A stretch of DNA of 63,138 nucleotides, filler included, from Cercozoa sp. M6MM (lineage: Eukaryota; Protista; Endomyxa: Ascetosporea), in assembly GCA_040357565.1 (NCBI GenBank). It is 10 parts of 10 records of this genome, joined end to end, with 100 filler letters (N's around TTAATTAATTAA, not from the genome) between each part and the next. Parts side by side here need not be neighbours in the genome. Positions count along the whole stretch, not along the records: positions 34,767 to 50,008 come from JBDODJ010000309.1; positions 50,109 to 57,646 come from JBDODJ010000620.1; 8 more parts are not named here. The stretch is one strand, 5' to 3'. The notes under the pieces were generated by a model, which saw only the letters and a list, made by a program, of their open reading frames with translations, searched no databases and had not been told where the DNA came from. Within the stretch, counting starts at the first letter, position 1. Each line of letters begins with the position of its first letter. Made by a program: the position numbers and the translations under genes. This document shows positions 37,477 through 51,160 of this stretch, piece by piece.

Positions 37477-40400
37477 TCACTCAGTTTGTGCCTCCTGCTC
37501 TTCAGGGCGGAAGAAATCGCGTCCACGCGGAGCGTTCTTGCGGTAGCGAAGGCAGCCGCGACGCCTCAGGTAGCGCGCGAGCGGCGTTGGATCCCTGTAC
37601 CACGGGTCCTTGCCGTTGTACTCGTGCACCAGGTCCTGCAGCGATTCCTCTCTCTCCTTGTCCTCGATGCTACCCAGAGACAGGAGGTAGTTGTTGACAG
37701 AGAACACGGTGAGAGCAGGGAACCACAAGGTGCGGTAGAGACGCTTCGCATCCTCGTCGGGCAGGTGGTGGTGTCGTCGCAGCCGAATCGAGCTCCACAA
37801 CTCACTGGGCGACGGCACACTCCACGTGATGCGACGCTCGAATCGCGACGGTACCTGCAGTTGCCCCCCAGGCACATACTTCAAACAACGGCACAAACAG
37901 GAAGACACATGCAAGGTACCTGGCCCAGAGGAACCTTGCCAGTACGCGGCATGAGCGACAAGGAGCCACTGTCGAGTTCGAGATTCGAAAGCTGGCGCCA
38001 TTCAACCTAGGTAGGCGGGGGGGGGGGGGTAAGGGGAAAGGGGGTAATAACAAAGTAAGAGTGTACATTCTTGGCCTCTTCGGTACCGGCGAGGAACTCT
38101 TCGCAGCGTCGGCGTGCAAGACGGTCCTATTGCGCACGTGTCACTTTGTAAGGAGACCAGTGTGAAGACAGTACAAGCGTGAGTACCCAGTAGGCCGTGT
38201 GGTTGCGCCTACGACCGATCGTGTCAGTCACCACTGTACGCAGCGACTGCTTGCGCGGGAGGAACTTCTTGTCGTTGGTGGCTACAATATATCTCTATCT
38301 GTTTATCTGGTATTATTGCAAAATAAGTCACCTCGCCGAATACAGCCATCAACGGTATTCCACAGCGAAACCGAGTCGACTAAAGTAGCCAATACATGCA
38401 CCACACAAGGGCGTATCACCAGATTAAGAATTATACCTTCTTCGCCGACTGCACGTGTTGGATACAGCACCCAGTACGGCACGAGGGCAACGTCGAGCAA
38501 CCTGACACACCCATACACACACACACACACGCACACACAACACGCAGTGCAACAAGGGAACTGACACACAAAGAAAAGGTCACACCTGGCATAGAAGAAA
38601 CGCAGCTTCAGCAAGGTCGTTCCACGCAGACGACCCGGATTGAGAGCACTCTTCTTCAGCTCGCCGGGCAGCGACTGCTCCCACACCGATCCTTCCGGAT
38701 GCGAGTCGGCCAGAGCGCGCGCATCGTCCAGCCGTAGAAAGTCGTGCGGCTTCAGCACTTCAAACACTGCGCAACAAACAACAGCCCATCAGTTGTTTGA
38801 CTCATCGTTCTGTTTGACTCATCAATCTTTTTGACTCATCGGTCTTTGAGACTCATGGCTCTTTCGTAAAATCGAACGAACCGAGTTCGCGCTCAGCGTC
38901 GAAGAAGTCGACATTGTAGCCGTCCAAACGAGCCGGTTTAATCTTGCCAACTGAGCAAACACGAGTTAAGTCAAGTTTGTACACAAGCACATCTAGAATC
39001 GAGGTACTGTGCATGTCGTAGGCGAACAAGAATTGCGCAAAGTCCTCAGCACTCTAAACCAACTTAAAGAAACAAAACACAAAGTAAATTTGTCAAAACT
39101 ACCTGCGAAGAGTACGGCGGCCCAATCCATTCGCCCAGTCCTCTGGTGCACATAATTTCGCATCAATCACGAAGATCAAAAAACAAGAAACGAACTTGTC
39201 GAGCGTCCAAGCAGCGCGTAGGCGCGAAGTCACCGATAGAACTGGCGCTGAGTCCAAGCCCTATACCACATAAAAACTAACCAAACAGAACAAGTCAAAG
39301 CAGACTGAAAGGTACCACATGCGAGCATTTGGACTTGCTCATGAACACTTGGTGTCCTGGCTGCAACGAGCAACACACATCACTTGAGATTGGAAATCAA
39401 AGCTATAAACTGACAGTACAAGCGAGCGACGCCACAGATCGAGTCGATAGATCTTCTGAATGTTCTCAGCCGACGTTCCGAGTTTGTTGTTCTCTATAAA
39501 TCAGCTTGCATGCATTGTGTTTGGACGCACAAAAGCAGAAAACTACCAATGTTGTGCTGCAAGCAAGTCTCCAACTCGCGGTACAGCATCTTGTAGAACT
39601 GGTGCGGCAGTGAGTCACTACAGACAACTGATCAAGCGAGCACAGCCGAAGCAAGTTTTAAATATGAGAAAGAAACCATGTCGGGTCAATCAAAGGCAAA
39701 GAAATGGCGAAATCGGCCAACTGACGCGCACTGAACGACGCGAGAACTGCAGCTGCGGCCACAAAACACCAGTTTGTGGAAACACATTGTAAGAGAAGGA
39801 CGCTTACGAGTGATCACGAGCGGCACTCGTTTAAGGAAGTTCTTTGGCAATTCTACGCGCAGTTCAGCACACGCGTACTAAGCACGCGAACAAGTTGGAC
39901 CTTTGAAAAACGCACATGACAAAAAACAAGAATACCAAAAACTCGGCAGCGCAGGAGGGCGATAAAAATGCGTCCGTTAGTGCCTAAAACACACAAAAAC
40001 AGGCTTAGATTCACCCCCAACAGTAGCTTAGACGATACCTCCAGGTGTTCTGTATTATTGGTTCGGTTTGCTTCCTGTGCAGATTTGTTTGTTTTTTTGT
40101 TTTGTCATTTTGTGCCACGAAAAAAGAACAAAAAAGTGCTCACAGCGACAGCGGCGGTGAATCGCGCGTGCAACGACACAATGACTGCAAAAGGAAGGAT
40201 TTGAAAACGGGATCAGTCCGACAAGAAAAGAAGAGCTCACCTGAGGAAGGACGAACAGAAAAGCGTGCACAGCACCACATCAGTTGGGCCAGCTTGTTCG
40301 GTGGCAGTGCGCGCACTCTGAAGCAAAAGTAGATCGCAGCACATCAACAGATCGTTGACGCGAGCACTCACCTGCCAGTGGAGGTCATGCGACGAATCGT

Positions 40401-41168
40401 CTCGTTGATCAATTCAACCTGAACAAAACACAAAATAAAAAAACCCGAAAAAAATAACTTTAAAAGGCGAAAGGTACGAATTCAGGCTGCGCAAGAGCGT
40501 GGTTGCGCACGTCGAGTTCAGCGTTCTCAAACAGCGACACGCAGCGTCGCAGCGAATCCAACTTTTCAAGCCAGTTGGACATTTTAAAACTGATCAAAGA
40601 AAAGTTGTTAAAAAAAAAACGATACCTCATCGCCCGACTCGAGTTCTTGGCGCATCAAACTGATCTGAGAATAGCGACACGAAGTGAAACAAAGTGAGAA
40701 TTCAGAATAAGTAACGACACTCAACTTGTACCAAAGTGTAGCCGTCTGTCGCTTCGGAAAACTGCTTCGCGAGATAAGCCATGCGCGCGCGTACCAGCTG
40801 TTCCCGAAAAATATTTAAAATGCAAATTAAAACAAATACAAAATACCCCAAATACAAAAACACCTCAAAAACAAAAACAAAACAAAACGAAAACGGATAT
40901 TTGTGGATGTACTTGCTTTGCCTCATCGCCAGCAACGACTTTCTCATCGGCCGCCTCACTTGGCACTGCTGCCGCTGCTTTCCGTGCGGACGTTTTTCGT
41001 TCCAGTGCCTTCTTTCGCAACTTTCCGGCGGACTTTAAAATACTTTTGGCCGCCGCCGGGGCTGTCCAAAAGGTCCATTCACACCACACATACCAAACAA
41101 CAAATACCTGCAGCCAGTGGTCGCGCATTGCGCAAAACGACTTTGCGCAGAAGCTGACGTGAGTACAT
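37477..41168 (-). CDS. Large multi-exon hypothetical protein with likely mitochondrial targeting peptide
   Basis: Start MYSRQLLRKVVLRNARPLAA (Arg-rich, no acidic residues) splices in frame into ORF 40865-41128; many short exons follow down to ORF 37477-38001. Could be more than one gene. Confidence 0.55.
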
Positions 41169-41364
41169 CAAAAAGGCACACGCATATACCACGTCACAGC
41201 ACCTCAGAAGAAGATCATTCGACGCCCTGTGTTGAGCCCAAACAGAGTGAGCCCGAGTCGATTTTTGTTGTTGGTCACTCGGCGAGTACTGTAGCCCAAC
41301 AGCAGCTGGATCAGGGTCGGCCCTTTGACGTCAAAACTCGACTGTAGTGAGCACCAGAGATAGT

Positions 41365-43407
41365 ATGCTGCTGCTGCTGACAGTTCTGACTGCGCTGCTG
41401 GGCCTAGCGCCCTCAGAGGCGAAGCTGGCCAAGGGTCACACTGGTGAGTTTCTCCTGTCGTTTCGCGTTGCTCGTCTGCTTTCGTTTTTCTGTTTCAACG
41501 TTGCCTCTTTGCCTGTTGGCAGACACGGACTCGTGGAATTACATTTCGTCGTTCGCGTTCGACAAGGTGGAGTCGAAAGCGACGGGGGAGGTTTCTGGCT
41601 CGGTGTTCGTGCGTTTGCAGCACGTCGAAGAGAACAAGAACCACGACGTGCAGCTCCTGCTTTACGTTGATGAGAAGGTACTGAACAGTGCTTTCTCGGA
41701 AAGAGAACTCATGGTGGATATCGAGTTTTGTGAAGCCCGAGTGCGACGCCGTGAACAAGAGGGAGGTCCCGGACTGCAAGACGTACGACAACTTCCGCAA
41801 GGATGTCTACAAGAACAAGAAGCTCACGTGTGAGGACCGTGTCAACATGGCCAAGCGCGCTGTCAACGTCACTTTCGACTCGGTAATCGAGCTTTTATCT
41901 TGCTCCGTTTACTGCATTTTTCTGACATGACAGGCACGCACGGGCTACGCCTCGTGGAATGTGGTGCAGTCGGTGAAGACTCGTTTTTGGTACGTTGCGT
42001 TGGCTGACTGTGCCGAAGGCGGCATGCCCAAGCTCGACTACCGCGCCACGTTCCTGCAACACACGCGCGGTCGCTGGAGCGAAGAGTTCTCGATGAATGT
42101 ACGCTTTTTCTGTTGCCTTGCATGCAGTTTTAGGCATGACTGATGCCTGACGGTGTTGGACTTGATAGGAACTCGGCTTGAACACCCTATTTGTGGTGTT
42201 CTTTTCGCTCTTCTTGGTCGTGACGTTTGGCGAGCTGCGTCGTCGTGCTGCTCTTCAGGAGGTTCTCTTTTTTTGTGTGTGTGTCTGTGTCTGTGTGTCT
42301 GTGTCTGTGTTTGTGTGTCTGTGTTTGTGCGTCGTTATCCATATTAACTACGCTTGAGTTGCTCTTTTCGCGCAGACCACGGGCCTGACTGAGTTGGACA
42401 AGTTCTTTGGTGCTTCGGTGTTCTTGTTCCTCGGTTACCTGCTGTTCAAGATGATCCACTGGACGGTACCCAAAAGAGTTTACGGTCCGCAATTTGGTGC
42501 AGCTGAGATTTCTGAATCACGTGTGCAGGGCTACGCGACCAATGGCGTTGGTGTGCCGTTCTTTTCGGCTGTCGGCTCGCTTATGCTGTTCGGCTCACAG
42601 CTTCTGTTTTTCGTGATGCTGATGGCCATGGCTCAGGTGCGGCTTGCTGCGTACATGCTGAGGACTGTACTCGAAGCGTGTGGCTTAGGGCTCGGTTGAG
42701 GACGCTTTAAATGGCAAGAACAAGATTGTGCTGGGTGCGTTCTGCGTGCTGTACGCGAGTGCGTTCATCTGGTCGCTCGCTGGTGCCGATGAGGCGGCGC
42801 ACTCGTACCTGTTCGACGGCTCGTCGGCTGCCGGCATCCTGCTGATCCTGTCGACGTGCGCTATGGTTGCTTTGTGTTTGGCCTGCTTTGTTGGCCTGCT
42901 TGGTCTGATAAAGAGAGTGTGTGTGTGTGCTGACAGGGCGTGTGGTTCGCGTTTGAGAACTTCCAGTCGTGGCAGCGCGCCAACGACTCGTTCCACGTGC
43001 AGATGGTAAGCCCAGATTCGTGTCTCTTCTGTCTGGCTTTCACTCTGAGATTAACTGTCCTCAGTTCTTCTTCCTGGGATGGTTTGCGATCATCCCGCTG
43101 GCCGGCATTGTGGTACCTTTGAGAGTTGGTTCCAGTTCAGTTGAGACTTGACTCGTCTGTGTGTGCGAAAAAGGGCTCGGCCACGACGCCGACGCTGCGC
43201 GAGAAGACTGTGCAGACCATGACTGTGCTGATGCAGTTCGTGTTCTTCCTGGCCACCATGGCGTTGTTCCTCAAGGGCGACGCGCAGGCCAAGGTGTGTG
43301 GCTCGAGCGCTGTGCACCACGGCGCCTCGCTCGACGCCGCCGACCTCTCGGTCGACCCCAGTGCCGGCGTGCCGGTCACGACGGCTTCGCCCTACCGTGA
43401 GCTGTAG
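41365..43407 (+). CDS. GPR180/TMEM145-like (GOLD-domain seven-TM) membrane protein
   Basis: Signal peptide MLLLLTVLTALLGLAPSEAK, SWNYISSFAFD, TRFWYVALADC, WSEEFSMN|ELGL, then multiple hydrophobic helices including YATNGVGVP. Confidence 0.8.
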
Positions 43408-43622
43408 GCTGCGCGAGCCTCTTGTCGTGTTGTAAAAGTACGAGCGGACATATATCTGCCTGCGTTGGGTACTTTCCAGCGCAGGCTGTGGGCGGCACCT
43501 GGGCTGGTCTGGTTTAGATTTGTTCCTTACCGGTATGTTACCGCCAACATCAATCAATCCACTCCTCTCGGCTGACTAAATTACTTGCTGCGTCAAGCGG
43601 CCAGCCTCATGAGTTCGTTTGA

Positions 43623-43819
43623 ATATACACTTACTTACCTTCAGCAAGCCACCTGTTGCTCTTGCGCCGAATTCTATCAGTTGTCGCCTGATGCCGTAAA
43701 TCGAAAGCGACAGGTGGCTGTTGTCAATGTCTCGCTCGCCCCGAGGCTTATGAGTGTATGTCCAGGAATAGCCTTCGGGTACTGGGCCATGCCCGTGTTG
43801 AAGACGGGATGGTACTAAC
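43623..43819 (+). ncRNA. Candidate structured RNA (unassigned)
   Basis: Nested stems with G-U pairs and a cUUCGg tetraloop (see findings); no family motif recognised. Confidence 0.3.
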
Positions 43820-44337
43820 CAAACAGGAAGAGCCTGTTTAGTTAGTTTATGTGCGGCTAGGTTGGTTCGTTCGGTCAGCACGAGTGTAAATTGTGCAGCA
43901 GTGCCCCCCCCCCCCCCCCCGTCTCCAGTATGCAAGCTCTGAGTATTAAACTTACTGTCCACCTGCAGACACTGAGGTAGTCAATGCCGACATCCACCTT
44001 TCCTTAGGCCTGTTGCGGGGTCGGGGAAACAAGGGTTAAGTGTCATACCAAGTACTTGGGCACAAGTCAACTTACACGGCAGACGTATACACTCTCACTA
44101 GCAAGGTGGGAGGGATAATAAGCAGTCGGACGAGTCGTTGCTGTCCGAGAAGGCCGAAGACTTTCGGTCACACCCGTTTACAAGCAGTTAATTGTAAGCA
44201 TAATTCGACTCTACTCGCAAAATACGTCGTATTCTGCAGGCCGAGCGGAAGCGCGCCGAACCCGTAAAACACTCACAGATATTGAAAAACCAAAAGGAGA
44301 CACTTGAGCTTCGCTGCAGCTCTGACGCTGAGTTATC

Positions 44338-47300
44338 ATGCATCGGCGCTCCAGGGTACGTCAATCGCGAGGGTTATCGCCTCGAAGACGCCCAATGGCG
44401 GGCAAGCGAAATCGTCGCGCAACCGAAAAGGCGAAGAGAGCGATCAAGCGAGAAAATCAGCCTGAACGACGCGGCGAAAGCGACTCTAGCTTCACCGAAT
44501 CAACGGCTTCTCTCGAAAACAAAGACGTTAGTGTTTCTCCCTTTGTACAGACACCAAGGGCCACCTTTCAGATCGCGCAGTTTCGCGAGATCCAAGCCGA
44601 GAATCGCGTTCTGAAATACGAACTGGAGTTGCTGCATGCTGCAGATCGCGAGCGTAAAGCTCGTGTTCTCAAGCTTCAGGTACTGTATGTTGTACCTCGC
44701 TCACGTACAATGTTAAAGAACCGTTGGCGTAGAGCATGTTCGAGAAGCTTCAGCGTCGGTACGAAGCTTCGCAGAGCGAGTCGAAAACAAGCGAGACAGC
44801 GCAGAAGAAAGCGGCCGAGTTTGAAGCCGAAAGCAAAGCAGCGCAACGTCGCAACGAAGTGCTTCAGATGCAGTTGCGACATTCGATGCAACAAGTCGAC
44901 TCACTGCGACAGCGTTTGTCAATGATAGAGTCGCATGGCGGCACTCAAGTCTCACACACTGGCAGGCAGCAGCAGCAATGCGCCTCTTGTGAATTGCTGC
45001 AAAGCGAGCTCGAAACAATGACTCAACACTCGGCGCATTTCGAACGACGCTTGCGCGAAAGTGAAAGCGAAACGAACGCATTGCGCGAAGAAGTGGAACG
45101 ACTCGCCGAGGGGCGACTTCGTGCCACTAAGCAACTCGAAAGTGTCGAACGACAACTCAACTTGGTGCGCGGACGACTTCAAGACATAGAGATCCAAGAT
45201 GTCGAAACTGCACTCGAACTGGTCACACGCGCTCGTGAGTCGTCGAAAGGCGACGTGCGATTCGTCGTTGTTGACGAAACGATCGAAGATCAATGTAAAA
45301 TCATACTTTACTTCGTGTTTCTTTGACTGCACTGCTGGCTGTGATCAGTGAAACTGAAGAAGCAACTGGACGAAGCAGAAGAAACGCTGCAGAAAAAAGA
45401 AGCACTGCTGCACACGCAACTGCGAGTCAACGAGTCGCAGTGCGAGCAACTGCGCCGAGCACAACAACGCATTCAGTTCTTGTTGCAGCAGCTGCATACT
45501 GTGTCGGAGCAAGCTGGTAATATACAGCTTTCAGTCACTTTTAACAGCTTCACAAACTTCACTGCTTTCAACAGCTTCACTTCGACATCGCACGACTCGT
45601 CCAGACGCGGCATATTCGAACAACGGCGACTTATTCGACAGCATAAGCGTCGAGAAGAACCTGCGAAAGGAGTACGCGAATGTGCAGCTGGCACCGATGG
45701 ACAACGTCGTTGCCATCAGTCTCGGCAGAGCGCATCTGACGCAACCAACAGTCTTTGTTGCCGGCAACAGTGTGTGAGTTGTGTCTGTATTATTTTACCT
45801 GTGCCATGCATATGTTCTTCATATGACGCCATAGTGCACTGAGTCAAGATGGTCCTCTCACGATGATCGCACTCGATCTGCCTGCTGTGGTATAAGTTTC
45901 TGTGTATCATACCTGTAGACACACTAAGATACAGCATACTTTACTGTAACGCGCTGCGCAGCACGTAAGGAACGAAGACACACTACCTCTGGTCTATTCT
46001 GGAGTAGTGGGTGGCTGGCATCCCAACTACCGTGTCTCTGTGCATTCACTCATGCGCTTCGACCCCGCTGGTCGGTTCCGATTTACCACTTTACCAAGTC
46101 TAGGAGTAATATTGTATACGGTCCCAGGTGTCAGACGACTCCGTGACCAAGGGGCCACAGTCGAGCTGTACGAAAAGGTAAATAGAACCATTGAATACTG
46201 TAAATAATCACAGCTTGATACTGGAACAATTGAAACAAAGACAAACCAAGCGGTGCGTCTTGTAGCTCGAGCGCACTTGCGAATCGAGATGCTGTTCCAT
46301 GGTGATGGACGTCAGTTGCACAAGTCCGGAATCGCCTCACTACGATCAGTCAGGTACAGAACGGGATTGTTCCGTGTGTAGTCTGTGTAGTTCAAAAGCT
46401 AGCGTAGCGACGGCAGCGAAATCGGAACGATCGAATTCGCGTCGCAGCTGCTTCGCACTCTCATTTTCGAATCTCCCACACAGAAACCACGTGAAGAAGC
46501 GCATCGAATCACTTCACCCCCGATGGTACAATGGTGCGAAAATGAAAGGAAGACTATTGTCCAATTCGAGTTGGATGCCTCCCAGGCGAAACGAGTTGTT
46601 GCAGACAACGTGAAGGCAGATGCGCTCGAAGACGCGTCAGACAAAGAAAGTGCGTCGTTTTCCGCGTAAGCACATCGGAAAGTTGACTGGTTCTTCTGTT
46701 GTTATACGTTGTTCGAATGCTATAGTACAAGCGAGACCCCCGAAGACGTTCTCGATGTCCGCAAAGTCGCCAACGAAGCCGAAATTATCGAGATTGCGCA
46801 GTGCGACGAAGTCGAGCGTCGACGTCTCGTTATCACAGTCGAAGAGTAAGTTTAACATGACCTTTTGCTTTCTGACTCTTTCCTTTGTTCCTAATATCGA
46901 CAATGCAGCGACGCACTACTCGCATTGTCGCCCAACCTCAAAGAAGCGAGAGGGGACATTATCGTCTCGGCACAGGGAGCGCGATACCGTGCTCCTCTTG
47001 AAGTACAGTTACTTGTCTATGATCTCAGCTTTAGTCCAAGTAGTTTCGATTTGCAGAAACTCGAGGAAGAAAAAGCAGCATGGACCTTCCAGGTGCCGTC
47101 TTCGTGGCTACTCGAGTCGATGGAACAATCAGAACAGAGTGACGACACTGTGACGGCGCAGTTCCAACTCGAATTGGCGCAAACCGATGAGACCCTCGGC
47201 GTGTTGGAAGGGTAACTTGTTTAGTCTTGTTTACAGCTATTACTGTACTGTACTAAAACACAGGGAAGACAAGGCCCTCACTTCGGAAGAGTTTGAGATT

Positions 47301-47417
47301 CCTCTGTCGTCGCTCACAGTGGATGGCAAGAACGGCCGCAACTTCCCGGTGCAGCTACTGCTGGGAGAACTTGGGGCCATTGGACTCGCAATGTGCTCTT
47401 GTCGCACCTTAGTTTAA
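44338..47417 (+). CDS. Coiled-coil plus C2-domain protein, RPGRIP1L/MKS5-like (ciliary transition zone)
   Basis: Long N-terminal coiled coil, then YSGVVGGWHPNYRVSVHSLMRFD / RLRDQGATVELYEK / ARAHLRIEMLF / EIGTIEF, which resembles the first C2 domain of RPGRIP1-family proteins, plus a C-terminal beta-rich segment. Confidence 0.45.
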
Positions 47418-47446
47418 ACTGCTTGTGACCGAGACAGTTAGTGTCT

Positions 47447-48728
47447 TCAAGACTCACCGGGTACGACAAGGCTGCGTGCTAGAGCGCCTGCAGTGACGGT
47501 CGCGATCTCAGCTTGGCTCAGTGTCTGCACGCTTTCGATAGACATCAGACGGTGTAAGAGCGAAGATGGGGCACTCTCGATACACTACGCAGAAGAAAGT
47601 GAGAAAATAAAATTATTGAAGCCGCGCAGCAATTTACCTTGATTTGCTTCTGTAAACCATCGACGCTCGGCGATTTTTCCGAAGGTTCGAAGTGCGCGTG
47701 TGCTGCCAATCGAAGTGTGACTCCGGCGAGCCTACGAGAGTAAACACAGGGAGTCAAGGAATTAATCAAGAATATAAGTCGACTGGTGTATTTAATGTCC
47801 GGTACATGATGGCAGAAAGCCGCAAGATAGAACTCGCTGCATCGCACGGCTCTTTGCACACGTCTCTTGCGAGTTTAAGTTCTTCCCTGGCATGCGAGAT
47901 CTTCTTTTGCGCTTTCTGCACTCGGCAACCCATTCGATACATACTCTATATAACATATAAATTTGTATGCAACCTGACTGAAATGATCGCATACAGTACC
48001 CTTCGTTCGTGCTGCATGAGATAGTCAGACGCAGCGTTGAAGTGTTCGTTCGCGGCACTCGAACTCATGAATGACTTGACGGCATGTGCCACTAGTTCCC
48101 GATCCTGTTTCGAGGTGCATCGCTTTGCCAAGACAGATCGCCAGGCTTTACTTTCGGCGGCAACGGACTCTGAAGTGTCGGCGGTAGGTTTTGCGTGCTT
48201 AGCAAGTGCAGCTCGGGCTTGCAGCAACACGTGCAACGCAACGTCTTCGTTCTCGGCTTCAAACTCGTCGATTTCGACCAACGAAACAGCGCGGTCTGGC
48301 ACTGCACACTCACCGAACTCCTCTTCCTCGAGTACTTTGAGCGAACCAAACGCACGTTCTCCTTCCTCCAACTTGACTGGAATGGGAGAAGAAGCTTCTA
48401 ACTGAAGTTCCTCCTCCCTGGTTTCACTTGGAATCACTTCTGGGGTTGCTTCGTCGGAATGCTCAAGTTTTGACGGTGTGGCAACGCTTTCTTCGAGCTC
48501 CGTCGCTTTTTTATCCGATTTCTCGCCGATTTCGTCGGATTCGGCTCCAGGGATCGACTTCTCAAAACTTGGGGCTTCAGCCTCAGTGAACCTCTGCATC
48601 TCTTTTGCAGACCGAGAGTTGACTTCAACTTGGACTTTCTCGCTCGTTTTTGGCTCGGGAACATCGGCATTCCGCTGGATCAGGGACTCTGCCACTGTTT
48701 CGGCCTGTTTGGACGAGCCGCACCCCAT
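47447..48728 (-). CDS. N-acylated (MGCGSSK) acidic protein with degenerate RhoGAP-like C-terminus
   Basis: MGCxxS myristoylation/palmitoylation motif; Glu-rich linker; spliced AASDYLMQHERR|SMYRMG...CDAASSILR recalls RhoGAP GIYRxxG and ASLLK motifs. Gene is likely, domain call is weak. Confidence 0.55.
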
Positions 48729-49272
48729 TGCCGGACACAAACTGCGGAATATAAAATCTGCATTTTCCCAGGCGTTTCTCCCTCTTGGTTATGCCGCATT
48801 AAACATGCCCGACAAATCATGGTGGCATAACAACCGCCGTTAGAGTACAAGAGACAGGCTGGAGGTGCAGGTCTCTAGTCTGGTCACTGCTTGTTTTTGT
48901 AGTGTCCCAGCGCTCCGCGAGACTTGAACTCGCGTTGTAGCTGCGGGAACTTGAGACCACTGGCGAGTGCGTGTTGGCTGTTCGAACGGGCCCAAAAGCT
49001 GCGGGCGAGCACCAGTCAAACGAGCGAGTCAGGCGAAATCATCACAAATATAGTGACTGACTTGAGGCATCCGGGTCGGCGTTCAGTGCTCGGTAGGTGT
49101 GCCAGAGTGTGTGATCGGTGTCAGAGAGGCTGTGTGCCACGCTGGGCGCCGATGAGATCCGATCGAGAAATTAATCAGTTTGTGTGTGTGTGTTTTTGTG
49201 AGTTGCAAAGTCGTTTGCTTTGTTTACGAGTGCACGAAGCTTCCTGGAACGCGTGTATGTGCGCAGCTTGCA

Positions 49273-49948
49273 ATGGGCGAGTTCACTGCGCCGGGTCGAG
49301 TGCCAACAGCTGACGTAAGTTGCTGCTTTCTTGATATATCTATTGTTTGTTGGTGGCATCGCATGTCTGATGGGGAGAGTGTGTAATTTGGCTTGTTTGG
49401 CGGGTACAGCGGCGTCATCCAGGTGCGACGGAGTTAGTGAATGGGGTGCGACACCTGAAGACGGCGTCGCATGCCATCGCTGTCGATACGGCGGCAAGCA
49501 CTCCGACACCGACGCCGGCAGCTGCCCCAGCGACTCGTACGTTGTGCTTTACCCCACCTCTGACACCTTTCTGACCCCCTTCTTACCCCCTTCTTACCCC
49601 CCTTTATCCTTTGCCCTTTTAACGCTTTTTGTTCCCCTGTTTTATCCCCTTTATCCTATTTTACCCCCCCCAGGCTTTGCAGGCCGAAGTGATGACGGTG
49701 ACGCGTTTCAACTGCCTGCTCCGACTGGCTTTGGCGCACACAGCACTGAGGTAGTTTTACCCCCCTGTTTACCCCCCCTGTTTACCCCCCTGTTTACCCC
49801 CCTATTTACCCCCTTAGGCGGGAACGGACACGCCGCTGTTCGAGGAGCCGCAAGACTACGCTGTGCCGCTCAACCCGGCGCCCGAAGGCGACGCTGAACG
49901 CGAACGCGACGACGATGTGCACGACGACGAGGAAGAGGAGCAGTACAG
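49273..49948 (+). CDS. Hypothetical protein, 5' fragment
   Basis: Four exons splice in a consistent frame (MGEFTAPGRVPTAD|RRHPG...|RFAGRSDD...|AGTDTPLFEE...EEEEQY). Confidence 0.6.
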
Positions 49949-50108
49949 GTTTACCCCCCTGTTTACCCCCCTGTTTACCCCCCTGTTTACCCCCCTGTTT
50001 ACCCCCCCNNNNNNNNNNNNNNNNNNNNNNNNNNNNNNNNNNNNNNNNNNNNTTAATTAATTAANNNNNNNNNNNNNNNNNNNNNNNNNNNNNNNNNNNN
50101 NNNNNNNN

Positions 50109-50680
<572 letters not shown>

Positions 50681-51160
50681 GACGCGTACGCCTTTTGAGC
50701 GTCAAGTCCACACGCGTGTATTAGACTCGTATCGTATATCTAGGCTACTATTATGCGAACAGATGATAGTGACTGGCCTCGCTTGTACAGCGCAGCACCG
50801 TGAGGACTACTCGATCGGTGCTTTGCCGTTTCGATGCCTCTGCTGATCTCTTCTGAAAACCTTCACGGGATCAACTGCCAGTGTCGGCTGGAATTCAACC
50901 GAGTGACAGGCTTCATACATTCCAAGCAATTCCAAGCACCGTACCTCGGTACTGTCGACCGAATGCAAGTTCAGAGTTGTTCTATACATTTTCGGCTGAT
51001 CCAGCACCGACGGGACTGATCGGTGCCCGCTGGAAAACCGGCACATCAAGTTGAACCTCTTTTTGACGGCGCCGCACTTCGAGTTTTGAGGCTGGCAAAT
51101 GTGCGTCCGGTAAAAGCTAGGCTGATGGCGGACACGCTACGATAGGGTCATAAGACAGTT

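Noticed and set aside
43633-43712. U1 snRNA (ACTTACCT) or hammerhead ribozyme (CTGATG..GAAA)
   Set aside because: No U1-70K loop, U1A loop or properly placed Sm site; the hammerhead core needs CTGATGA plus stem II, which are absent.
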